This document shows, in pieces, positions 1 through 10,499 of a stretch of DNA of 64,000 nt. The translations under genes and the position numbers were made by a program. The stretch lies in assembly GCA_048013815.1 (NCBI GenBank), contig CM106586.1, forward strand, positions 15,624,001 to 15,688,000, read 5' to 3'. This stretch comes from Setoptus koraiensis (Eukaryota > Animalia > Arthropoda). The notes under the pieces are model-generated. The model searched no databases and had not been told where the DNA came from. It was given only the letters and a program-made list of their open reading frames with translations. Each line of letters opens with the position of its first letter. Within the stretch, counting starts at the first letter, position 1.

Positions 1-844
1 ATGACACTCGGTGACACAACACAAACAGCGGCACGCAAGCATCTTTCGTCATCGGTTTAGTTTCAGCATCATTTCTTGTAACATTGTTGTGTAACAATGT
101 CTGCTCGCCCGTCGCATCACAATCGGCGCCTGTCAGTGGTGGCCGTAGACCCCACGGCATAGAGTTGCGATTGTGGAGAAGAGTCGCCGCGGGGTGGGCG
201 CGCAGATGAAGAGATGTCACCAAGAAAAGGTGTTATGTAACAATATTGTGAGTTATGCAACAATGTCGCATGTTGCCCAATGTCCGACAAGTTGGAGAGA
301 ACAGACGAGAGTCGACAGTCGGCGCGATCTCGCAGAGCCAACATGCCGCTGTCCGAACATGACTGTTTGACAGCGGCTCACTAATGCTGTCATCGTTACG
401 AGCAGATAGTGTTACATAATGCGACATTGTGTCGCCGTGATGTGTGTAACGACCATTGTTGGCCGCTCAACAGAGACACAAGCGACAAGTGTATCAATGA
501 ACTCTGTCCCATTGTGCGCCATCGGTCTGCATCACACTGTCGGCTATTCTGGGCTATTCTGCACTGGCCGCAAGACGCAGCCCAACGGCGGGCCCATTGT
601 GGTCACTTTCTCCATTTTTGCCATTTGTAAACAAACAATTTGTAGACAAACAATTTGTGATAGACAATTTGTGATAGACGAACAAATTGTGGACTAACAA
701 ATTGGCAGCACATTTAGCATACATGGCGTGCCAATTTACAGTTGCCTTGCTCATCTGGGCTGCGCTAACTGTAAATTGTCGCAAATTGTGTAACTACTAG
801 TGGCCATACTGCACGACACCACAGACACCCTAGCGCTTGACCGC

Positions 845-883
845 TATAAATAGCGGCCCGGGGCAACCATGGCCGGCTCATTT
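845..883 (+). promoter_or_regulatory. Putative core promoter (TATA box plus Inr-like element) of the 527-aa gene
   Basis: TATAAA at 845-850 inside CCGCTA-TAAA-TAGCGG. TCATTT at 878-883 matches the arthropod Inr consensus TCAKTY. It lies about 300 nt upstream of the ATG at 1182. Confidence 0.45.
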
Positions 884-1181
884 GCATCGTCCGAGTCGCA
901 TAGGTCGCTCATGAAAGCGCACAAGTCAAGCCAGCAAGCAGATACAGCCAACCAGCAAGCCAGCCAACGTCCAGACCGAATATTCAGATAATCCGATCAG
1001 ATAAACCAGATATAACACAACACATTTTGCACATTTGCACAACAACACACACGTAATACAGCACCAAGAGCATCGTGGAGTACAGCAGTGATACACGGTG
1101 CTTCACTGGGTACCACTGAGTTATATCACAGTTAGCTAGCAATATAACAGAGCCACGTATCATATCATATATCACACCAAA

Positions 1182-2765
1182 ATGGCCAAACTGAGCGTAC
1201 CTGTCACATTGGTGCTATCGTCGGGCGCCTGTCTGGCCGTCTGTTGTCTCATACTGATCGCAAATACCCACTCAATTCAAGCGAGCACCTCTGACTCGCC
1301 CCTGGCTGCCGTCGTTTCCGTGCCCATGGATGAGGCCGAGACGGTGGCCGTCACACAACAATTGTTTGCCAATAACGGATCGTCACAGCAACACGAAAAA
1401 GAGGCAGAAAAGAAGCCCCAAACAACGACAACAACCAACTCAACCGAACAGCACTCAAACCAATCACAACCACCGACACAACAGAGAAACACAATTAGAC
1501 ACAGACAACGCGGCAGCAGACAATATTCGCCCAGCTCGCTAGACTCATACGCAAACGCATATCAGGCCGTTTCCGGTGCCGGCTCAGCAGCCAGCCAGTA
1601 CTCAGGCGACGCTGATTATGCGCCTATAACCAGCTCCAAATTATCGTCGTCGGCCAACTATCACCCGTCCTATTATGACAGGCCGTCTCTGTCCGCTCTC
1701 GACAGTGTTGGCCCGTCATCTGGTGCAACCCAACAGCAACTGTCATCCAGTGGCAGAGCCTCTGATTACATAACCCAACAGCAGCAGCAGCAATACAGCA
1801 ACGCTGGTCACTTCAATGGAGATCAATTGAGTCAAACAGATTATTCTGACGGGCCCAGCTCGTCTGCAATGTATTCAGCGGGGCACAGTGGCGCCTCTAG
1901 CGGACCAGTTCATGGCAACAGCAACAGCCCGGCATCTGGTAGTGTGTCGTCCCACCAGGCGGCCCACTCATTGAACAGTCCAAGCCACCAAGCGATGTAT
2001 TCTGGCCACCATCAGCAGTCGGCGGTCGTGCCCATTTCATCGCAACTGTCCAACCACAACAACTACAACAATCACTTGCATACTTCCGGTCATTACGGTC
2101 AGTCAGCCGGCGCGGATCAGCAGCACGGCAATGCCGCAATGCATGCTCAAGCCATGCATCACAGATACTACAGTGGTGCTCAACAGTCCGTGCATCCAAT
2201 GTCGCTGGGCGACCGAACCGCCTCGCCGTCGTCGCTGTTCGGCAACTCAATGGGGTCCATGGGCCCGTTTGCTTCGGCCTCGCATGTTGCCTCGTCGGCA
2301 CTGTCCAGCTGGACAAACGGATTCAGTCTGATGGAGATCGCTTGCGGCGTTCTGGCGGTGGCCATTGGGGCCGTTGTGCTGGGCGGACCGTTCTTTTTAA
2401 TCTATTTGGCCCTGTTCAACATGTATTCGGGCACCAGTGGCACCAGTTCGGTCAGTCTGACGGGTGCGTCGGGCACAACCGCCAGCACCACTGTCAACGG
2501 ACGAAAACAGCAGCGATCTAGCGTGAGCAGTGTGTCGAGCGCCCTCTTTGACAAACTTAGCCCGTACATAGACACAGAACAGGTGATGAGCACGTTCAAT
2601 TCGTTGATCAAATCCATAAACAACTACTCGGCGGATAACTACTCGGCCCACTTATCGCACAACAACAGGCACTCACAGGTGGTCGCAGGTAAGCGTCACG
2701 GCGACGATGCGGCCAGCAATCGAGCCACCTCCACGCCGCCGACAACAACAACGACCGCCAAATGA
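1182..2765 (+). CDS. Uncharacterised single-exon secreted/membrane protein, 527 aa (signal peptide, S/Q/H/G low-complexity region, one hydrophobic segment)
   Basis: Long ATG-initiated ORF with N-terminal hydrophobic stretch LVLSSGACLAVCCLILIA and a second hydrophobic segment IACGVLAVAIGAVVLGGPFFLIYLALF. AATAAA at 2904-2909 downstream. No family recognised. Confidence 0.75.
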   Translation: MAKLSVPVTLVLSSGACLAVCCLILIANTHSIQASTSDSPLAAVVSVPMDEAETVAVTQQLFANNGSSQQHEKEAEKKPQTTTTTNSTEQHSNQSQPPTQQRNTIRHRQRGSRQYSPSSLDSYANAYQAVSGAGSAASQYSGDADYAPITSSKLSSSANYHPSYYDRPSLSALDSVGPSSGATQQQLSSSGRASDYITQQQQQQYSNAGHFNGDQLSQTDYSDGPSSSAMYSAGHSGASSGPVHGNSNSPASGSVSSHQAAHSLNSPSHQAMYSGHHQQSAVVPISSQLSNHNNYNNHLHTSGHYGQSAGADQQHGNAAMHAQAMHHRYYSGAQQSVHPMSLGDRTASPSSLFGNSMGSMGPFASASHVASSALSSWTNGFSLMEIACGVLAVAIGAVVLGGPFFLIYLALFNMYSGTSGTSSVSLTGASGTTASTTVNGRKQQRSSVSSVSSALFDKLSPYIDTEQVMSTFNSLIKSINNYSADNYSAHLSHNNRHSQVVAGKRHGDDAASNRATSTPPTTTTTAK

Positions 2766-2959
2766 ACCAAAGCTGGCGCAACAACATCAACACCAACGAC
2801 AAATAGGATAATAGGGATAAATTCAGGTTTCAAACGAACGGATAATAGATCATTATGATCGCAAAACATGAGTAACATGACATGGTTGCATGGAGACATT
2901 TGTAATAAACGATCGCGAATCAAAGCAAACGAAACTGTCCCTCATCCGTGCCCTTGTCT

Positions 2960-3090
2960 GGCCGCTTGTCTGTCCATTTTTCCGGCCGCTTGTCTGTCCA
3001 TTTTTCCGGCCGCTTGTCTGTCCATTTGTCCGGCCGCTTGTCTGGCCATTTGTCCGGCCGCTTGTCTGGCCATTTGTATGGCCGCCTGTT
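2960..3090. repeat. 24-bp tandem repeat, 5 full copies plus a partial (GGCCGCTTGTCTGTCCATTTTTCC consensus)
   Basis: Units start at 2960, 2984, 3008, 3032, 3056 and 3080, with gradual divergence along the array. Confidence 0.95.
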
Positions 3091-3151
3091 GTCGCAATTG
3101 TCCCATTGGCTGGCCGAAATTTCCGGCAAAACCGGAAAACTGAATCTGAAG

Positions 3152-4587
3152 GTTCCTCTTGCTATCGTCTATGCCGTACTATCCATAATCCAATTACTTG
3201 GTACACCTATAGCTGGCTACATAGCGGACAAGATGGGAAATTACAAGCCGGTCCTTCTAATAAGTTTGGGCACTTGTATAGTGACTACTTCGCTCATACA
3301 AATAGTGCCTGGTAGAAAGGGCCCAGAGCCAGACGATTCCGATGAGTCTCAAGCGGCTGACAATTGGTACATGTTAACTTTCTGGATTTATATATCAGTG
3401 AGAATATTTCATCAGGTTGCCGTTGGCTTATCCTATGTGTTGCTAGACACAACAGCCATTGTATTGTCCGAAGAGCACGGTTCAAGTTATGGTAGACAAA
3501 GATTTTGGGCAATTTTGGCAACAGGTATTTTTTCGCCTATTTGCGGCTTTATTATAGATCACATAAGTGTTTCTGTCGACGCAGAAACTGGCAATATCAT
3601 CAACAATTACGCACCAGCTTTCTATTTCTTCAATGTACTTACTGCCATAACTTTCTTTGAGGCCACCATGATCACTGTTACAATACCGGAACTACCCACC
3701 AATGTTTGGAAAAATATTAGACCACTACTTAAAACGGCTAATATATGGCTATTTTTATTGTCGATATTCGTCATGGGCTCATGCTGGGGCTTCCTAGAAT
3801 CATTCTTGTTTTTACATTTACAAAAATTGGACGCACCAAACTATTTAATGGGATTAACACTGACCGTCGGCGCTTTCGTTGGTCTACCATTCTTATATGA
3901 ATCTGAGTGGTTTATTAACAAATTTGGAGCAGTTCCGATATTGTTGGTGGCTTTAGTGGTTTATTTTATAAGACTGATAGGATATTCACTAATAGTAAAC
4001 CCATGGTGGTGCATTCCATTTGAAGTGATGGAGGCATTTACACTCCACTTAATGTGGGTGGCAACAGTCAAATTTGCATATTGCTATTCACCTCCAGGTA
4101 AGTAATCGCCATGGTGTTTTTTTTTTCTATTTTTCTAGAAACTTTAAATCACGCAACCCAGGATAAATCTCACAAATGTTGGTACTTTCAAGAACCTATC
4201 TAATTATTGATGATAATACACGATTCTTTCATCTATTATCAAACAGGTATGTTGGCCAGTTTACAAGCAGTAGTTGGTGGTTTGAATTTTGGAGTCGGAA
4301 GGGGATTCGGTTCACTTGTAGGAGGTATTGCTTTTGGCCTATTTGGAGCAAGGGTTGCCTTCAGAGTTGTAGGTTGTTTGGCATTGATAATGGCCATCAT
4401 TTACGGTATTTGTTATCAATTATTCCTAAAGAAAAGTATCATCAAGGATAGGAGGATACCAAAAAGGAGACAAGTTGAGAATGGCTCGGATAATATAAAT
4501 AACGATGAAAGTTGTCAAGAGACAATTTTGAAGAAGAATCCATCAGTGGACGTGAAGTTCGTAGCTGAAGAGAAATTAAATATGTAG
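3152..4587 (+). CDS. MFSD6: MFSD6-like major facilitator superfamily transporter; exons about 3152-4097 and 4247-4587; 5' end unresolved
   Basis: Motif-A-like GYIADKMGNYKPVL, SYGRQRFW, GSCWGFLESFLFLHLQKL, PWWCIPFEVMEAFTLHL and GGLNFGVGRGFGSLVGG are typical of MFSD6-family proteins. The intron 4098-4246 (GTAAGT...CAG, phase 1) joins two ORF-track fragments in frame. TM1 and a start codon are not found. Confidence 0.8.
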
Positions 4588-4755
4588 ACCAAGACTTCAA
4601 AATGGTCATAAGCATATGTACATATGCATATATCATATATATATATATATATTTAAATAAATACATATATGATTTAACGATGCAAGTATGTTTTGTAATA
4701 TAATAATAATAATAAAAATCATCAAGTACTGTTCTATCAGTTTTTGTGTTTCTTA

Positions 4756-5757
4756 TCAAAAATAAAAGCCATCGTCTGGTGGACTAGAGCTGTCAGAGCT
4801 ACTAGAACTACTCGAGCTACTAGAACTGCTTGAACGACTCCGGCCGCTGAGAGGACTACTAGAGCTGCTTGAATCGCTGGAACTGCTCTCAGATAAATGG
4901 GGTCCGCTTTCGTTGGAATTGATATGATGACTCTGATAGCCGTTATTATCCATCAAGTTAATTGGCATAGATGATGAGGATTTGGGATTTGGCGTGCAAT
5001 TGTTGCTAGTATTACTATTATTAGTTGTATTGATTGTGTTAGGTCCAATACTAGTGCTTCCGCAACTATTGCTACTAGTGCTAGTGTTTCCATTACTTGT
5101 GGCTGCAACAACATGATTGTGATTTGTTATTGTTGCCGATTGATTGATATTATTATTACTACTATTACTATTGGCTTGATTATTATTATTATTATTATTA
5201 CTAGTGTTATTACTATTATTATTATTATTATTATTACCAGTACTATTGGTATTGTTAATATTGTGGCTGTTGCCACTGCTCACTCCACGTCTTGTTGCTT
5301 TAACTGTAATATTATCAGTAAGTCTTTGTAGAACCATTTCGCCTGTAATCTTATCAATAACTAAGACACACTCTTTAACATGGGGCCTCCGTTGGCCTCT
5401 GAATACAGAATGACTTGAGACGGATCCTTCAACATTGGGGGCCGTTATAGTAACTTGACCAGAAGGTGTAACTTCAACCATAGCTGTTTCGGCACTGCTA
5501 ACAGAGGCTGGCTTAAAATCGTATCTAAGCGTATGATAGGCCTGCTGTTTATCAGGGGATAAGTGATTTGAATGATCATCTTTATGCCTCTTCAAAGCAT
5601 GATGACTGTTTTGGTGGTGATGGCTGTGGTGGCTCCGGCTTTGGTTACTAGCAGCGGTAGGCTGCCAGAAAGTGTGGCCCAATTTGAGTTCCACAGGACC
5701 CGATGGTAGACCCAATTGATCGGAAGTAATACTGCTATTAGTGTTAGTATTATTCAT
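4756..5757 (-). CDS. Eaf: ELL-associated factor (EAF1/EAF2 family), with poly-Asn and poly-Ser tail
   Basis: EAF domain motif HTLRYDFKPASV...VTITAPNVEG...VFRGQRRPHVKECVLVIDKITGEMVLQRLTDNITVKATR, followed by an N-rich linker and an acidic/Ser-rich C-terminus. ATG at 5757; the track start is a GTG two codons upstream. Confidence 0.92.
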   Translation of the reverse strand: MNNTNTNSSITSDQLGLPSGPVELKLGHTFWQPTAASNQSRSHHSHHHQNSHHALKRHKDDHSNHLSPDKQQAYHTLRYDFKPASVSSAETAMVEVTPSGQVTITAPNVEGSVSSHSVFRGQRRPHVKECVLVIDKITGEMVLQRLTDNITVKATRRGVSSGNSHNINNTNSTGNNNNNNNSNNTSNNNNNNNQANSNSSNNNINQSATITNHNHVVAATSNGNTSTSSNSCGSTSIGPNTINTTNNSNTSNNCTPNPKSSSSMPINLMDNNGYQSHHINSNESGPHLSESSSSDSSSSSSPLSGRSRSSSSSSSSSSSSSDSSSPPDDGFYF

Positions 5758-5769
5758 GGTCACATTGAG

Positions 5770-6360
5770 TGGTGATGGTGGTTGTGGTGGTGGTGGTGGT
5801 GGTGATGGTGAAATAATAACAATAATATAATAATGTTATAATTGCGGGGTATTGAGTAATGGTGAACATTAACATGAAATTATTAACATTTGTAACAAAC
5901 AAACAACAAAAATAGTAGTGAGCGGTAATAGATAATAGTAAGCAGTAATCAAAATGATAATAGTAATAATAGTAATAATAATGATGGTGGTAGTGGTAGT
6001 AATAATAACTATAACAACAAAATAATAATAATGTGTGTCAATAATATCATCAGTCGGGAGGATGGGAGGACGTTCGCTGGCCAAATTGATTGATCCAAAG
6101 CTGATAATGGTGATAATAATAAAAGATATAATAATAATGATAATAGTAACAGTCTGTATATTATGTAGTGATGGTTGTTGTTGTTGTTTCAATTATAATA
6201 GTGATGATAATGTGCATTAATAATCATAATAATAATAATAATAATATATCTCTAAATAATTGTGTGTGTGTATGAGTATAAATAAATATATATATATATC
6301 TATGTGTTGATATAATATAGTAATATATATATATCTGTATATATATATATGATAGATATA
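5770..6360. repeat. Low-complexity region ((TGG)n, (ATA)n, (AT)n microsatellites) upstream of Eaf
   Basis: Runs of GGT/TGG, ATA/AAT and TA repeats are directly visible. Confidence 0.85.
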
Positions 6361-6589
6361 GATATGATAGACTTTATGGAACTAGGTAGGAAAACGAGGA
6401 AGAATATCCATCAAGTATCACTCTCTAACGACACACACTCTCTTCCTATCAAAAACTAATGTAGCTGATATTGCTGCTTTTTGTTGTTCTTAATACAGGC
6501 CGCCAGAAAATGATTGGTGGCGCCAGCACGCCGACTGTGAATGCCGTGTTTAGTCAGAGACTATGGCGCGCACAAGATATTTTGAAAAG

Positions 6590-6770
6590 CAAGTTTTTGG
6601 CGTCGCCAAAACTGTAAACATCAACACAAAGGCCAAAGTAAACTGTTATAGGCAAGGATTAGTGCCAGCTGTTGGACTATTGCCTATAGGATGATTCTTA
6701 CATGACATTATTTTAGCGCAAAATTCAAAAAATGGCGCCGTCGCGACTCGCCGGTCGCCACGCCATTTCC
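6590..6770. promoter_or_regulatory. Candidate promoter region for Eaf (E2F-like palindrome, YY1-like motifs)
   Basis: TTTTGGCG-T-CGCCAAAA at 6595-6611, AAAATGGCG at 6729-6737 and CGCCATTT at 6761-6768. This is a GC/CpG-rich island next to the AT-rich Eaf upstream region. Confidence 0.3.
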
Positions 6771-9700
6771 TGACTGCCCAATGCATGCAATGATGATAAT
6801 GGTATTATTATTATACCGGCGGTGTTGCATATATTACACCACGAAATAATTATTATGTTCTGTCATGTATGCAGTTGTGTGTTATTGTTACTGCCGCGGA
6901 GTAGCGGCCCCAAATTGATTGTCGTCGACGGATGTCGTTTGAGGCCGGCCATTTTGTGTGCCGTGATGCTGTGTATTGAACAAGTTTAAGGCGCAGTAAA
7001 AGCCATTGCCCTTTAAATGCCTCGCCAATAATACCAATCACGCTCGCAAGGTGTCGCTGCTCCCGTTAACAACCAGCGCCACCGCCATACTCACCTGTCG
7101 ACCCTCGAACCGGCCGAACAATCATCAAAGAATCGCCCATGACAACCACAACCAGTCGCTCCACGAGACAACAATAGCTCTCTCTCTCTCTCCCTCCAGA
7201 CACGGCACGCTTGAAATGGACTAGCCACACTTTCGCTAGCCTCTGGCCCGAAAATATAAAGCTGATGCACGATTTTAGTGAGAAACATTCGCATTCGCAG
7301 AATATGATATCAAAAGACTGTTTGTCTATGGTTCTAGCTCGCCGGTCACGTCAGTTTGTCCAGATCTAGACTAATTGTGAGCGTGCTGGAAGTATCGAGT
7401 CTTTTTTTCATGTCAACCTACTCCTAAGAAGGTAATTACTTACTAGCTCCCAATCGACACAAACGAAATGTGTTGAGTTCATCAGGCCCGGCTCACACCG
7501 ACACTAGTGTTGAAATAGCCATTCGTAATAACCAAGACCAGTGAGTTACGCAACATTGCTCTTTATCCCCACATACTATATATACCGGTTATTGTGCATT
7601 CTCTGCACGTCTCGCTGAATCATCCCAATCCCACCAAGGTGCCCATATAGAGCCCATCTTGACAGATACTTGCACTAGATCACTGATGCCATCAGCTGAC
7701 TTCGGAGAGAGCGTAAATGTATGAAGAACAAGGATCTCTTTGCCATGAATCCCACAGTGGCAACAAAACGGAAACAAGGTGCAAAAGTAGTGGACTTTCA
7801 GCATGTGAGAAGAGGAAATAACGAGAATCCTTACTTTCAGACCCGAAAAGCATGTGAGCAGCAACACACATCAGATAAGTAAGCTTACCAGCAGCCTCCC
7901 CAACCGGACTGTCATAAACTCAAACTGGCGACTCACGCCCGTTCTTCCTTCTTGAGTAGACATTGTTGTTGACCAAGCTCTGACGCCTCTAATTAAATTA
8001 CTCTTGTTGAATATAATTCTAAACCATTCACTCATACTCAAGCAGACTCATAGTGATGCGATAAAATCAGATAGTTACGCTCAAAGCTACATGAGTTCAG
8101 CATAGATGCACACAAGCGATGCTTATTCAGCTGCAAAATAAAGATAAAGATTCCTGCCTCCGGTGCATAGCTAATTGATCACTGAAGAATGTCGGTCGTT
8201 ATTGGTAAGCTTTAACTCAATAACATTTCAAAGTGTCTAGCAACCAAACGACGCCGACTAATCTGGCAATAGGCATGGATAGATTCATGTGCTAGTGTTG
8301 GCGAACTTACGTAAATTGAAAACTTCTTCTCATTCTATTACTAATCGTCATTGATTTTTTCTCAAGTGGTGATACAATCGCACACACGCCGACTTGCGAG
8401 TGAATGTGTAACAATAAACATAATCTTTTACATCTATATGCAATCTCTAGTGAACTAAAAGTCAGTCTTAACTTTCTATGAGTAAACATAATGCTGCCGC
8501 TGATGCTGCCGGTGCAACGAATCAGCCATCTTGAAACTAACTTCTCGAGCTACCGATCGACATTGTTACACACTATTATACACTTTTTATGTTTAGTTAA
8601 GTTGTGTTAGAGGCGAGTGTTCCTCAAGCTATTGATGATGATGACCAAAGTAAACTCAATTGTAGCCATCACAAAAGGCGGATACTTAAGAAGCTCCGCA
8701 ATTGAAATTCTTTCAGATCAACCTATGCGGTATTGCTGCCAGAGAGCTTCTGGAAAGCCTCAAATATGTATCAGTGACAGCACATAAAGATTTCCAACAC
8801 AGTGGACTGGACTGGGATTTTTCCATTGTGGATTAATGAAAACATTCCCGTTGTGGTGATCATTTTCTATTGATAATAAACAATAGCCACAATTGACCAA
8901 AGAGAGCCGAAGATGACTCATTCTTGAGGCTATACCATCTTAAGGAATCGCATGTATTTTTCCACCTGCAGCCAGGTAGAATTGGCCTTCTTTAGTGACC
9001 TGTGTCAGTCTATTAGCTCACTACCTGCCGCCGACTAATTCATAGGTGAATAATTGATTTGCTCTAGTACATAGTAGATTGGGATTGTTTCATCATGGGG
9101 AATGTGCTTTTGTAACAACGTCGCCATGAAGCTTACTGCCGATTATCGTGATTTTTGGCTCTTGCTGCCAAGAAGTCAAGCCCATCATAAATGTGCCAAT
9201 TCTCAGAATATATCCATGAAGCTCTTTTGTTGCAGTTGTTTCCTTTTGCTCGTTGTTAGTTTTGCGAAATTTCTTACAGTGCAGTTTTTTCATTATTCTT
9301 AATGAATCAGTATGAGCTATCATGAGCTGGCGTGAAACAGAAGAGTTGAATTGAAGCGATTGAACGATAGCAGATGCCATAGAGACTCCATGTAAAAACT
9401 TGTTGTACCAGAGTTTTTACGGACTCACCAAGCCATGCAATCGTTAGTGTTGCATTGGTATCAAATAGTCAGTAAACAGTGGTAAGTGATACCCTTTTCC
9501 CTAAGAGGATCGAGTGATCACCAGTGTGTCAACGGGGGGTGAGGGCGACGCAGTATATTTCTAGTATTAGATGTCACACATGGTAGTGCGCATATTGTCA
9601 TCAGAGAGATGCAAGTGAACCGAGAAGAAAGTTCTCGCTGCTGGAGAGGTGCTGATACAATTCAGTATTGACTGACCAAGCTTGTTTCAACTTGACACTG

Positions 9701-9999
9701 TTGAGTTCACAGGGCAACTTGGATGAATTCTGCGAATGGTCTGGTGTGTGTCTGTGTCATTGCAATTATTATACATGAGTATTAATGAGTTTTTGCATAA
9801 CCTAAGCCAAGTGCTCGCTAGCAACCGCCGTCTGGACATGGACTAACTTGAGTTGACAGGAGTGTCTACGCCCACGGAATAAACAATGCAGAATTATGGA
9901 ATTGAGAACAATTTAAATTGATTGGAATTCTCTGTCTCTCTATCTCTTATATATACATTGTTTTTGATTTTTAATATCATGCGTTCAACAAACTAAACT

Positions 10000-10499
10000 N
10001 NNNNNNNNNNNNNNNNNNNNNNNNNNNNNNNNNNNNNNNNNNNNNNNNNNNNNNNNNNNNNNNNNNNNNNNNNNNNNNNNNNNNNNNNNNNNNNNNNNNN
10101 NNNNNNNNNNNNNNNNNNNNNNNNNNNNNNNNNNNNNNNNNNNNNNNNNNNNNNNNNNNNNNNNNNNNNNNNNNNNNNNNNNNNNNNNNNNNNNNNNNNN
10201 NNNNNNNNNNNNNNNNNNNNNNNNNNNNNNNNNNNNNNNNNNNNNNNNNNNNNNNNNNNNNNNNNNNNNNNNNNNNNNNNNNNNNNNNNNNNNNNNNNNN
10301 NNNNNNNNNNNNNNNNNNNNNNNNNNNNNNNNNNNNNNNNNNNNNNNNNNNNNNNNNNNNNNNNNNNNNNNNNNNNNNNNNNNNNNNNNNNNNNNNNNNN
10401 NNNNNNNNNNNNNNNNNNNNNNNNNNNNNNNNNNNNNNNNNNNNNNNNNNNNNNNNNNNNNNNNNNNNNNNNNNNNNNNNNNNNNNNNNNNNNNNNNNN
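10000..10499. other. Assembly gap of exactly 500 N
   Basis: The round, fixed length suggests a scaffolding placeholder, so the true distance is unknown. Confidence 0.97.

Noticed and set aside
2689-3152. Splice fusion of the 527-aa gene (CAG/GTAAGC at 2689) to the MFS transporter
   Set aside because: The donor is phase 1, while the only nearby acceptor before the MFS body (AAG at 3151) is phase 0. No compatible acceptor was found.
7000-9999. Short ORFs and splice-like signals left of the gap (for example the peptide INLCGIAARELLESLK after TTTCAG near 8718)
   Set aside because: No recognisable family, and the sequence appears low-accuracy. A hidden frameshifted gene cannot be excluded without a frameshift-aware translated search.
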